Assembly: GCA_044869275.1 (NCBI GenBank)
Contig: JBIOXB010000036.1
Coordinates: 25,621 to 89,620, forward strand
Reading direction: 5' to 3'
Source of the DNA: a bacterium
GTDB taxonomy: Bacteria; Zhuqueibacterota; Zhuqueibacteria; Zhuqueibacterales; Zhuqueibacteraceae
Length of the DNA stretch: 64,000 nucleotides
Shown here: one piece after another, positions 19,630 through 29,054 of the stretch
How positions within the stretch are numbered: the stretch's first letter is position 1
How the letters are laid out: each line of letters begins with the position of its first letter
Notes under the pieces: model-generated
Database searches by the model: none
Told to the model about the DNA's origin: nothing
The model's input: only the letters and a program-made list of their open reading frames with translations
Made by a program: the position numbers and the translations under genes

Positions 19630-22269
19630 GTGAGAAGAAGAACCCGACCCATCCTGCCGCCGTTGCTGTTTTATCTCGCCTGCTTTTCCTGCCCTGGTGC
19701 CGCGCAAAGTTCACTCTCACAAGCCTGGTCCTCTTTTTATCGCGGTGACTACGCGGTCTCGGTGCGCGCGTTTCAACAAGCCGCTGAAAACTCTTCATCC
19801 AATATAGAGGCGATCGTCGGCCAAAGCCTGGCACTGCAGGAGTTGGGGGAATACCAGGAGTGCCGCGCGCTTTTGACCGGGGCGAAAATGAAAACTCCCG
19901 ACGCGCGGCTGTTGCAGCGCCTGGGGGAATTGGAATTGTTCCTCGGCCGCATCAAAATCGCGCAAGGCTATTTTGACGAAGCCATGGCACGCGACCCCGG
20001 ATTCCGGCTCGCGCAGTTTTATCAAGCGCTGGCGCGCTGGCACTTGGGCGAGCGCACCGCTGCCAACCAGGCTTTTCTTGCCTTTCTTAGTTTTTATCGC
20101 ACCGCCTCGGAATTGACGCCGCAAGATATCCATCTCGTCGCGCGTGCGTGTGTTTATTTGGAACGATTTCACGACGCCAATCGTTTGTTCGGTGAAGCCG
20201 TCAAGCAAAAACCACAGGATTGGAGGCTCTATATTCCCTGGGGAGACTTGTTCCTTGAAAAATACAATCTCGCCGACGCGCGCTCGATCTTTGACGACGC
20301 TTTGGAACAGAATCCCAATTGCGCACCGGCATTGCTCGGGTTGGCACGCGTGCAAGTGACGGAAGATTTCGAGCAGGCGTGGCGCACCACGGAACAGGCT
20401 TTGCAGCTCAATCCGTATTCTCCCGCCACCGGCACGCTCCGGGTCGAGCTTCAGCTTTTCGCCAGCCGGGAAAAAGCGGCGCAGGAACAGCTCGCCAAAA
20501 TTCTGCTGGAATTTCCCGATTATGTTCCCGCGCTTGCGCTGCAGGCGATCATGGCCGATCGCCGGCAAGATCAGGAGCAAGTCGAACAAGTGGCCGCGCG
20601 TGCCGCGGCCCTCAATCCGCACGACGCTTCCGTCTTCATTCGCCTGGGTGAAGACGCCGCACGCCGCTACCTTTTTCAAGAATCGGCTGTTTTTTTTCGC
20701 CGCGCGCTCGCGCTCGATGCCGAGAATTGGACCGCCGTCGCCGGGTTGGGCACGAGCCTCTCGCGCTTGGGGCAAAAAGACGAAGCTGAAACGCATCTCG
20801 ATAGGGCCTTTGCGCACGATCCTTTCAATGTCGTGGTGGGAAACCTGCTTAATTTGTTCGACGCGATGGCGAAGTACGACACCATCCACACGCGCCATTT
20901 TCTTATTCGCATGCGGCCGGAAGACAAAACGGTGATCGGACCGGCCGCCGCGGAGCTGTGTGAAGCCGCATATCAAAACATGTCGCCGCGTTATCGCGTT
21001 CATTTCACGGCGCCGGTCACCGTGGAGATTTTCCCCAAGCACGATGAATTCGCCGTGCGCTGTTTCGGCTTGCCCGGCGCGGAATATTTTCTTGGCATTT
21101 GCTTCGGCCCGTTGATCGCGATGAACTCGCCGCGCGCGCGCGAACGCGGCGCGTTCAATTGGCAGGAGACTTTGTGGCATGAGATCGCCCACGTCGTGCA
21201 TTTGCAATTGACCGCCAACCGTATTCCGCGCTGGTTCGCCGAAGGGCTCGCGGTTTATGAAGCGGCACATGCGCGCAGCGAATGGAGCATGAACATAGAC
21301 TTGGCCATGATTCGCGCGCTGCAAAACAACGAACTTTTGCCCCTGCGGGAATTGGACGAGGGTTTCACGCGCCAGCCGGAACGGATTGCGCTGGTCTATT
21401 ATCAAGCCTCGCAAATCATCGAATTCATCCAGGCGCGCGACGGCTTTGACCGGGTGCTGGCGCTGCTACCGCATTTCAAAAAAGGCAAAAAAACCGAGGA
21501 GGCGATCCAGCTCGTCTTCGCGCAGTCGCCGGATGAATTCGACCGTGCCTTTCACGATTTCCTGCGCCGGCGCTTTCGCCCGGAAACCGTGGAGCTGGAC
21601 GGGCAGAAGAATTCGCCACTGGACAGATTTTTGGGCAGCCTGTCTTCGGCGCCGGCGAAAGGCGAAGACGGTGATATGCGCCAGCGTGCTGAGAACGAGC
21701 CGAAAAATTTTCCCGCCGCGCTGCGCTATGGCAAAAAGCTGGCCGGCAACGGCCAGGCAGCGGAGGCGGAAGTCTATCTCAAGCGGGCGAAAGGCTTGCT
21801 GCCGGCTTATGTCGACGAGGGCAATCCTTACGCCGCACTCGCGGAATTATATTGGCAACAAGGCCGCAAGCGAGAAGCAGCGGAAGAATTGGAATTCTTG
21901 ACGGCACACAATGGCCGTGCCGTCGACGAAGCGCTGAAATTAGGTGAATGGCAACTGGCCTTGCGTGATAGCGCGGCCGCGGCACGAGCGTGGTCACGCG
22001 CCCTGGCCATTCATCCCTACGATGCCGGCCTGCAGCGCCGCACCGGCGAGCTCAAACTGGCACTCAAACAACCGGGCGCGGCGGAACAAAACTTACTTGT
22101 CGCGCTGGGACTCAACCCCGCTGATCGCGCGGCCATTTATTGTCTGCTGGCTGAAGCTTACCTGGCTCAAGGACGGCGCGCGCAGGCCAAAAAGCAAGCA
22201 TTGGCGGCGCTGGAAATTGCGCCCCATTTCGAGCGGGCCCAGGAAATTCTATTGCAAACGGTGGAATAG
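19630..22269 (+). CDS. exported TPR protein with peptidase MA-like (gluzincin) domain
   Basis: Signal peptide, many TPRs, WHEIAH (HExxH) plus downstream PRWFAEGLA glutamate. Confidence 0.88.
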   Translation: MRRRTRPILPPLLFYLACFSCPGAAQSSLSQAWSSFYRGDYAVSVRAFQQAAENSSSNIEAIVGQSLALQELGEYQECRALLTGAKMKTPDARLLQRLGELELFLGRIKIAQGYFDEAMARDPGFRLAQFYQALARWHLGERTAANQAFLAFLSFYRTASELTPQDIHLVARACVYLERFHDANRLFGEAVKQKPQDWRLYIPWGDLFLEKYNLADARSIFDDALEQNPNCAPALLGLARVQVTEDFEQAWRTTEQALQLNPYSPATGTLRVELQLFASREKAAQEQLAKILLEFPDYVPALALQAIMADRRQDQEQVEQVAARAAALNPHDASVFIRLGEDAARRYLFQESAVFFRRALALDAENWTAVAGLGTSLSRLGQKDEAETHLDRAFAHDPFNVVVGNLLNLFDAMAKYDTIHTRHFLIRMRPEDKTVIGPAAAELCEAAYQNMSPRYRVHFTAPVTVEIFPKHDEFAVRCFGLPGAEYFLGICFGPLIAMNSPRARERGAFNWQETLWHEIAHVVHLQLTANRIPRWFAEGLAVYEAAHARSEWSMNIDLAMIRALQNNELLPLRELDEGFTRQPERIALVYYQASQIIEFIQARDGFDRVLALLPHFKKGKKTEEAIQLVFAQSPDEFDRAFHDFLRRRFRPETVELDGQKNSPLDRFLGSLSSAPAKGEDGDMRQRAENEPKNFPAALRYGKKLAGNGQAAEAEVYLKRAKGLLPAYVDEGNPYAALAELYWQQGRKREAAEELEFLTAHNGRAVDEALKLGEWQLALRDSAAAARAWSRALAIHPYDAGLQRRTGELKLALKQPGAAEQNLLVALGLNPADRAAIYCLLAEAYLAQGRRAQAKKQALAALEIAPHFERAQEILLQTVE

Positions 22270-22270
22270 C

Positions 22271-23017
22271 ATGCGGCGTGGCTGTGATTGCAAGTGCATC
22301 TTTCTTGTGCTGGCGCTCATTCCGGTTTTGTTGCGGGCACAAGAATCTCCCTTCGTTGCCGGGGGCGAAAACGGCATTCCCCACACCCCCGGCGCGCAGG
22401 GCTTCACCTTTGTACGTATTGAATGGTCGGGCGAAGGCCACGGTATTTTCGCGCGCGGCAACGGGCCGTTGTGGGCGCATGACTACCCCACTGCGGAGCA
22501 GAATTTTTACACGGCCCTGAATGCGCTAACGGCCGTTCCCATGACCTTTGAAAACAAAATACTCACTTTAGCCGACGACGCCATTTTCGATTTTCCCCTG
22601 CTGTACATCTGTGAAGTGGGCTACTGGATTCCTGCCGCAGCGGAAGCTGACCGTTTGCAGGAATACTTGCAGCGCGGCGGGTTTCTCATCGTCGATGATT
22701 TTCGCGGCGGTTTTGAGTGGCGGAATTTTCGCGACCAGATACAGCGCGTCGTACCCGATCCGCCGCAGCCGCTGTCGCTCGATCATCCGGTGTTTCATTG
22801 CTATTTCGAATTCGAGCACGTCGGTGATCATGCGCCCTACGGCGGAGTTCTGCCGATCTTCTACGGCCTGTATGATCAAAAGAAACGCCTCACCGGCATC
22901 GTCAATTACAACAATGATATCGGCGACGGCTGGGAATGGCCCGAGACCGATCAGGAGTTTTCCACGGAGGCGTTCAAATTAGGCATCAACTATCTGATCT
23001 ACGCGATGACGCATTGA
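22271..23017 (+). CDS. DUF4159 domain protein
   Basis: FTFVRI, WAHDYPTAE, EYLQRGGFLIVDDF, DHPVFH, NNDIGDGWE, GINYLIYAMTH. Confidence 0.9.
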   Translation: MRRGCDCKCIFLVLALIPVLLRAQESPFVAGGENGIPHTPGAQGFTFVRIEWSGEGHGIFARGNGPLWAHDYPTAEQNFYTALNALTAVPMTFENKILTLADDAIFDFPLLYICEVGYWIPAAAEADRLQEYLQRGGFLIVDDFRGGFEWRNFRDQIQRVVPDPPQPLSLDHPVFHCYFEFEHVGDHAPYGGVLPIFYGLYDQKKRLTGIVNYNNDIGDGWEWPETDQEFSTEAFKLGINYLIYAMTH

Positions 23018-23124
23018 TGAGGAGATGAGCCTGGCGGCGCCCCATGCAACACCAAATTCAGATCACAAAACTCAAAATCCAGACCAATGAGAGAATCCAA
23101 GTTCGCATGTGCAAACCTCGGGTC

Positions 23125-23886
23125 ATGGCCAAGCCGCGGCGGCGCGCCCTGCTGTTCGCGGTGATGAGCGGATGGGCGCTGGCGCAAGCCTCATGGGCGC
23201 AAACGCTGCAAAACGATGTTTTCACCTTCACGCGCTTGAAATACAGCTCGGGCAAGTTTACCTATGCCTTTCGCATGCGCTTCCGTTCGGATAGCTGGGA
23301 AGTGGATTATCCCACGGCCGAGGAAAATTTCATCCGCGGATTGAAGGAAATCACGCGCGTGCCGGTGAACGATGAGGCCATCGTGCTCAGCATGACTGAT
23401 CCACAATTGTTCGATTATCCTTTTGCCTACACTCTCGAACTCGGCTTCGCGCAGTTCTCACCGGAAGAGGCGAAGGCATTGCGCGAGTGGTGTTTGCGCG
23501 GCGGCTTTTTGATGATCGACGATTTTCATGGCAGCGCGCAGTGGGAAAATTTTGCCTATGAATTCAGCAAAGTTTTTCCCGACCGCGAGCCCGTCGAGCT
23601 GAAGCCCGAGCATCCCATTTTTCATTGCTACTTCGATTTCGATCATTATCCGCAAGTGCCGGGCATGGCCGCGATCTACCAGGGCACGACGTTCGAGTAC
23701 GACGGCCGTTATGCGCATTGCCGTGGTATTTTCGACGACGACGGGCGTTTGATGGTGCTGATCAATTTCAACGTCGATCTCGGCGACAGTTGGGAGCACG
23801 CCGCAGATCCCAGGTATCCGGAATTTTATTCGATGCTGGGCTACCGCCTCGGCATCAATTACGTGATCTATGCCATGACGCACTAG
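23125..23886 (+). CDS. DUF4159 domain protein (paralog)
   Basis: FTFTRL, WEVDYPTAE, RGGFLMIDDF, EHPIFH, DLGDSWE, GINYVIYAMTH. Start is uncertain (23044, 23107 or 23125); the signal peptide begins at MAKPRRR. Confidence 0.88.
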   Translation: MAKPRRRALLFAVMSGWALAQASWAQTLQNDVFTFTRLKYSSGKFTYAFRMRFRSDSWEVDYPTAEENFIRGLKEITRVPVNDEAIVLSMTDPQLFDYPFAYTLELGFAQFSPEEAKALREWCLRGGFLMIDDFHGSAQWENFAYEFSKVFPDREPVELKPEHPIFHCYFDFDHYPQVPGMAAIYQGTTFEYDGRYAHCRGIFDDDGRLMVLINFNVDLGDSWEHAADPRYPEFYSMLGYRLGINYVIYAMTH

Positions 23887-23914
23887 CGCCAGGCGGGCAA
23901 AAATCTTGCAAAAA

Positions 23915-23968
23915 TGCGAAGACGGCGCGAAGCCTCGGGATCACGGTTCACTTCGTCTGTGCTTCGCA
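23915..23968. repeat. degenerate inverted repeat (GCGAAG units)
   Basis: TGCGAAGACGGCGCGAAG ... CTTCGTCTGTGCTTCGCA. Confidence 0.45.
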
Positions 23969-24024
23969 GCACGCCAGGCATGCAGAGCGAAACATAAACC
24001 GTCAGCCTAATGCAGGAAAGCATC

Positions 24025-25050
24025 ATGAATTTCGATCCCCCCTCTCCGCCTCTTGACGACAACGCTTTATATGAGCGCCTGCAGCAGGCGCGCGATACTT
24101 TGCTGGCAGAATTGCGCAAAATCATCGTGGGTCAGGACGAAACCATCGAATTGGTTCTCATCGCGCTGTTTACGGGCGGGCATTGCTTGATCACCGGCGT
24201 GCCGGGCCTGGCCAAAACGCTGCTCATTCGCACGCTGGCAACGGTTCTCGACTTAAATTTCAAGCGCATCCAGTTCACGCCCGACTTGATGCCTTCGGAC
24301 ATCACCGGCATCGAAATCATCGAGGAGGATCGCACCACGGGCAAGCGTGTGATGAAATTCATCAAAGGACCGTTGTTCGCGAACATCATTCTGGCCGATG
24401 AAATCAACCGCACGCCTCCCAAAACACAGGCGGCGCTGCTGGAAGCCATGCAGGAACATCACGTGACCGCCGGCGGCATCACCTATCATTTGGAAGAACC
24501 GTTTTTCGTGCTGGCCACACAAAATCCCATCGAATTGGAAGGCACGTATCCTTTGCCCGAGGCGCAACTCGATCGTTTCATGTTCAACATTGTGATGGAT
24601 TATCTGCCGGAAGAGCAGGAAGTCGAGGTCGTCACCGCCACCACGAGCAGCCTCAAACCGGATTTGCAGCGTGTGATGAGCGGCAGGGATATTTTGGCGT
24701 ACCAGTCTTTGGTGCGCAAGGTTTTCGTCTCACAGGAGGTGGCAAAATACGCCGTGCAACTGTCGCGCGCCACGCGGCCGGGCACCGGTGCCGCGCCGGA
24801 TTTCGTGAAGAATTGGGTGAGCTGGGGCGCGGGCTTGCGCGCCTCGCAATACTTGATTCTCGGCGGTAAAGCGCGGGCGCTGCTGCGCGGCCGCGCGAAC
24901 GTTTCCATTAAAGACATACACGCGCTCGCCTTGCCGGTCTTGCGCCATCGCGTCTTGACCAACTTTTACGCGGAATCGGAAAAAGTGAAGCCCGCGGACG
25001 TCGTGCGCCGGCTGCTGGAATTCGTGCCCACACCCAAGTCGGGATTGTGA
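24025..25050 (+). CDS. moxR: MoxR family AAA+ ATPase
   Basis: GVPGLAKT, RIQFTPDLMPSDITG, LADEINRTPPKTQAALLEAM, ATQNPIELEGTYPLPEAQLDRF. Confidence 0.96.
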   Translation: MNFDPPSPPLDDNALYERLQQARDTLLAELRKIIVGQDETIELVLIALFTGGHCLITGVPGLAKTLLIRTLATVLDLNFKRIQFTPDLMPSDITGIEIIEEDRTTGKRVMKFIKGPLFANIILADEINRTPPKTQAALLEAMQEHHVTAGGITYHLEEPFFVLATQNPIELEGTYPLPEAQLDRFMFNIVMDYLPEEQEVEVVTATTSSLKPDLQRVMSGRDILAYQSLVRKVFVSQEVAKYAVQLSRATRPGTGAAPDFVKNWVSWGAGLRASQYLILGGKARALLRGRANVSIKDIHALALPVLRHRVLTNFYAESEKVKPADVVRRLLEFVPTPKSGL

Positions 25051-25140
25051 GGGCAGAGGACACCACGCGGCTCCGGGGCACGCTGGAAAATTTCTCTCAC
25101 TGTCAGTTGCACGGAGCCATAGCCGCGCGGTGAATCGGCC

Positions 25141-25770
25141 ATGCGAAAAAAAATAGCGCTTATATTGCCGCTCGCTGCCCAAATGTTGAGCTCTGCTTTC
25201 TCGGGATGCAGCCCGGCAAGCGAGAAGCGCCAAGCCATCGAAAGCGCCCTGGCTGCAGAAATGGCGCGTTATCCACAAGCCACGCTGATTGACATTTACA
25301 AGTTCTTCTTTCAAGGCGCCTTCGGTCCGGGGCACATGATTCCCGATGCCGCCGCGGCCCGCCAGTATCTGGAAAACGAGTTGCAGCAAGCGACGAGCTT
25401 CGATTCTACACGGTGGTATCCGGTCGGCTACCAGCAAGAATTCTATCGTGTCCACCTCAGCATGATCAAGGACGGTGAAATTTCCTCCGGAGATTTGTTG
25501 CAGGCTTTTGTCGAAAGCGCGAATGCCGTGGTCGGCCCTTCGTTGCGGGAGTGGCAGGAAGAATGGGCGATGATTTTGAAGGTTGTGGAAAAGCATCGCG
25601 GGCAGTTGGCAGACTTTGACGCGGACAAAGTGCGACTGGCCGAAATGCTCGGCCGCGATGAGATCGTCGCGCACCACAGCCCGATATTCGAAGAGAAGTA
25701 CCATCCGCATTATCGTGTGGTGCATCGCAGCCATATGGAGCGGCTCAGAAGCGCCAGGCACGACGACTGA
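25141..25770 (+). CDS. conserved hypothetical lipoprotein
   Basis: Lipobox FSG-C. Motifs DIYKFFFQGAFGPGH, YRVHL and HHSPIFEEKYHPHYRVV. Confidence 0.8.
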   Translation: MRKKIALILPLAAQMLSSAFSGCSPASEKRQAIESALAAEMARYPQATLIDIYKFFFQGAFGPGHMIPDAAAARQYLENELQQATSFDSTRWYPVGYQQEFYRVHLSMIKDGEISSGDLLQAFVESANAVVGPSLREWQEEWAMILKVVEKHRGQLADFDADKVRLAEMLGRDEIVAHHSPIFEEKYHPHYRVVHRSHMERLRSARHDD

Positions 25771-25805
25771 ACATGTGCAAAGTGCATTTAACGCGTCGAT
25801 AAACC

Positions 25806-26732
25806 ATGTCTTACACGCCCCGGCCCCAATTGCGCTTCATCGATCCCGCAATCCTGTCCCGCATTTCGGGCATGGAATTGCGTGCGCGCACCGTGGTGGA
25901 AGGCTTTTTAAGCGGCTTGCATCGCAGCCCGTTTCGCGGCTTCAGCATCGAGTTCGCTGAATATCGCCAGTATACACCCGGTGATGACACGCGCCGCATC
26001 GATTGGAAAGTATACGGCCGCACCGATCGTTATTTCGTGAAGCAATACGAAGATGAAACCAATTTGCAGTGCCATCTCCTGCTCGATCTTTCCGGCAGCA
26101 TGGCGGGCACGAGCGGCAAGCATCTCACCCCCTCCCGGGTGAGCAAATTCGATTACGCGCGCTATCTCACCTCCGCGCTGGCGTATTTCATCTTTCAACA
26201 GCGCGACGCGGTGGGCTTCGTGGCTTTTGATGATGACCTCCGCTTGGAGGTTCCAGCCAAATTCCGGCCGGGACATCTCTACAGCCTGCTGCTCGAACTG
26301 GAAAACTTGCGGCCCGGCGCGGGCCAGGCGTTTAACGTGGACCGCCTGCATCGCTTCGCCGAAAGCATCCGGCGCAAGGGCATGATCATTTTGATCAGTG
26401 ATTTCTTTTGCGAGCTCGAGCCTTTGATCGACGCACTCAAACATCTGCGCTTTCGCGGCCACGACGTGATCGCTTTTCAAATCATGGACGAGCGCGAGCT
26501 CGATTTCGACTTCGATCGCCTAACACGCTTTGTCGGTTTGGAAGGTGAGACGATGACGCTGGGCATGCCACAAGACATGAGACAGCACTATCTCGGCAAG
26601 CTCAACGCGCATCTCGCCGACTTGCGCACGGCCTGCGGCGTGCATCGCGTCGATTACAATTTGTTGCGCACCTCGCAACCGCTCGATTTCGCGCTGCAAG
26701 CATATCTTGCCGCGCGCAGCGGGAAGGCGTGA
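25806..26732 (+). CDS. DUF58 domain protein (vWA-like)
   Basis: GLHRSPFRGFSIEFAEYRQYTPGDDTRRIDWK, DLSGSM, LISDF. Confidence 0.95.
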   Translation: MSYTPRPQLRFIDPAILSRISGMELRARTVVEGFLSGLHRSPFRGFSIEFAEYRQYTPGDDTRRIDWKVYGRTDRYFVKQYEDETNLQCHLLLDLSGSMAGTSGKHLTPSRVSKFDYARYLTSALAYFIFQQRDAVGFVAFDDDLRLEVPAKFRPGHLYSLLLELENLRPGAGQAFNVDRLHRFAESIRRKGMIILISDFFCELEPLIDALKHLRFRGHDVIAFQIMDERELDFDFDRLTRFVGLEGETMTLGMPQDMRQHYLGKLNAHLADLRTACGVHRVDYNLLRTSQPLDFALQAYLAARSGKA

Positions 26733-26742
26733 GATGTGAAGC

Positions 26743-26806
26743 CGTGGATCGTGATCAGTAGATCGTGAATGGTGCACGATCAATCGATCCACGATCTACT
26801 ATCTGC
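26743..26806. repeat. palindromic heptamer array
   Basis: GATCGTG-type units and their complements. Perfect AGTAGATCGTG (26757-26767) / CACGATCTACT (26790-26800). Confidence 0.65.
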
Positions 26807-26837
26807 AATTCACAAATGAACCATCAATAACACGAAC

Positions 26838-28877
26838 GTGCTCGATTTTCTAACATCCCCCTTTTTGCTGTTGGGCGCGGCCGCGGCGGCGATACCCGTC
26901 ATTTTGCATTTGATTCTGCGCAATCGTCCGGAAACCGTTTATTTTGCCGCGATGCGTTTTCTGGTGACGACGCCCAAGCATCTGTTGCGCCGGCAGAAGC
27001 TCAAACAAATTCTTTTGCTGCTCATGCGCATCCTGGCGCTGTTGCTGCTGGGGCTGGCTTTCGCGCGGCCGCTGCTGGTGGGCAAACAACTGCCCACGGT
27101 GCTCAGCCGGGAGTCGCGCGCCATGGCTTTGATCATCGATGTCTCCGCGAGCATGGCCGCCTCCAACCATTTGCAACACGCGCGCGCGCGCGCGGCCGAA
27201 TTGATTCAGAATGCTTCGGACGCGGATCGCATCTCCGTGCTGGCCGCCGCCACGCGCATCGAAGTGCTGGTGGAGAACGCCAAGCCGGCGCAGGCCCTGG
27301 CGGCGCTGGCCAATGTGGCACAAAAACAGACCGCCGGCAATTTGCGCGAGGCGGCGCAATTCGCCGACAATCTGCTGGCGCAATCGCCGTTGCGCCGCCG
27401 CGAGCTCTACGTGCTGTCGGATTTTCAGACGAGCAATTTCAGTGCAGGGCAGCTCAAGCTGAACAGCTCCGCTGCATGCATTCCGCTCGCTTTGGACCAG
27501 CCCTGGCAAAACCTCGCGATCATTGGCGGCGAGCGCCTCGTGCGGGACGGCCAGATCACTTATGTCTGCCAAGTGCGCAGCTTTGCGATAACGGATCAGG
27601 AAATCAACCTCAAGCTGAATCTTGATACCCGAGACGCCCGCCCGCCCGCACCACAACGCCTCACGGTGCCGGCTCAGGAAGAAAGAACCGTGCGCTTTTC
27701 GAACGCCGCAGCAACGGCGAAAAACGAGCGCGCCATGTATGGCGCATATTTTGAAATGGAGGTGCGAGATGATTTTGCCGCGGACAACCGTTATTATCTC
27801 GCGGCAGAGGCCGGCCGTGACACGCGCGTTTTGCTGGTGAGCGGCGATGCGGAGGCGGAATTTTATCTGCGCCAGGCCCTGGGATTGCCGGGCTTTCCTT
27901 ATCGCCTGCACCAAGTCTCGGCGAACGAGCTCGAGCAAACGCCGTTGGAAGCTTATGCCGCCGTGCTTTTTGCCGGCACGAGCGGCATCAACCGGCTGGC
28001 GGCGGAAAAATTGCGCGCCTACGTGCACGCCGGCGGCGGGTTGATCATCACCTTGCGCGAGAATACCTCCGCCGAGACTTTCAACTATTTTCTCGCTGAA
28101 TTGCTGCCCGGAAAAATCGAGGAAACGATCGAAGTGGCGCGCGGCCAGCGCGAGCATGTCGCGCTTACCGAAATCGATTTCACCCATCCGGTCTTCAAGG
28201 TTTTTCGCGATCCGGCACACGGCGATCCCAGCGCCGTGCAGATTACCAAATACCATCGCGTCACACCCAAGCCCGAAGCCGTGCGCATTGCCGGCTTTGA
28301 TGACGGCAGCGCAGCCTTGCTGGAGCTCGGTGTGGGCAAGGGCAAAACCTTGATGTGGACTTCGGCGCTCAATACGCGCAGTGGCAATTTTCCCGTGCGC
28401 GGCATTTTTGTACCGGTGCTCCATCAATGGCTGGATTATGTGGGCCGCACCGATCTCACGCCCGCCAAGACGCACACCGGCCAGCCGGTCTTTCTCAGCG
28501 AGGAATTTATGCCGGATCAACCCGTGGTGCTGACACGCCCGGACGGCACCGAACAAACCCTGCCTCCGATTGGCACCGCGGCATTCACTGGAACCGAGGA
28601 CCCCGGCCTGTATCGCTTCCGGCAGGGAGGTGCGGCCCTCGTGCAAGCGGTCAATCTCGATCCGCGTGAATCCGATCCTGCGGCCCTCTCGCCGGATGAT
28701 TTTGCCGCGAGTATGATGCGCGAGTTGGATCAGGTAGGAATTGCGAGTGTCTTCGGCAACGCGGCGCCGGTGTTGCTGGAGCAAGAACGCCAGCAAAAGT
28801 TGTGGCGATATGCGCTCTGGGCTTTACTCGCGTTGTTGATAGGGGAATGCTGGCTGTCGAATCGCACGCCGAGATAA
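26838..28877 (+). CDS. BatA N-terminal double-TM + vWA domain protein
   Basis: AIPVILHL...FAAMRFL...LLLLMRILALLLLGLAFARP, MIDAS DVSASM, LSDFQ, C-terminal NLDPRESD and TM helix. Confidence 0.9.
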   Translation: MLDFLTSPFLLLGAAAAAIPVILHLILRNRPETVYFAAMRFLVTTPKHLLRRQKLKQILLLLMRILALLLLGLAFARPLLVGKQLPTVLSRESRAMALIIDVSASMAASNHLQHARARAAELIQNASDADRISVLAAATRIEVLVENAKPAQALAALANVAQKQTAGNLREAAQFADNLLAQSPLRRRELYVLSDFQTSNFSAGQLKLNSSAACIPLALDQPWQNLAIIGGERLVRDGQITYVCQVRSFAITDQEINLKLNLDTRDARPPAPQRLTVPAQEERTVRFSNAAATAKNERAMYGAYFEMEVRDDFAADNRYYLAAEAGRDTRVLLVSGDAEAEFYLRQALGLPGFPYRLHQVSANELEQTPLEAYAAVLFAGTSGINRLAAEKLRAYVHAGGGLIITLRENTSAETFNYFLAELLPGKIEETIEVARGQREHVALTEIDFTHPVFKVFRDPAHGDPSAVQITKYHRVTPKPEAVRIAGFDDGSAALLELGVGKGKTLMWTSALNTRSGNFPVRGIFVPVLHQWLDYVGRTDLTPAKTHTGQPVFLSEEFMPDQPVVLTRPDGTEQTLPPIGTAAFTGTEDPGLYRFRQGGAALVQAVNLDPRESDPAALSPDDFAASMMRELDQVGIASVFGNAAPVLLEQERQQKLWRYALWALLALLIGECWLSNRTPR

Positions 28878-28926
28878 CTCGAAATAGGCGCGCTTTGAGC
28901 AAAGCATAGGCACGAGAATGATAAAG

Positions 28927-29007
28927 ATGGATTATTGGATCGTTGGATTATGGGGTGTTGTGCCTAAGCAACCAGCAATCCAGGTATCCATCAATCCAAT
29001 AATCCAT
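28927..29007. repeat. palindromic octamer array
   Basis: TGGATTAT-type units facing their complements. Perfect 14-bp ATGGATTATTGGAT / ATCCAATAATCCAT. Confidence 0.7.
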
Positions 29008-29054
29008 TGCTTCAACAAACTCGATCATCCGCAGATTTTGGCAGCCATCACGAT

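Noticed and set aside
26850..28796. 648-aa minus-strand ORF (likewise 19795-21414, 32811-34103, 37927-39144, 59987-61198)
   Set aside because: Antisense shadows of well-supported genes, which are common in GC-rich DNA.
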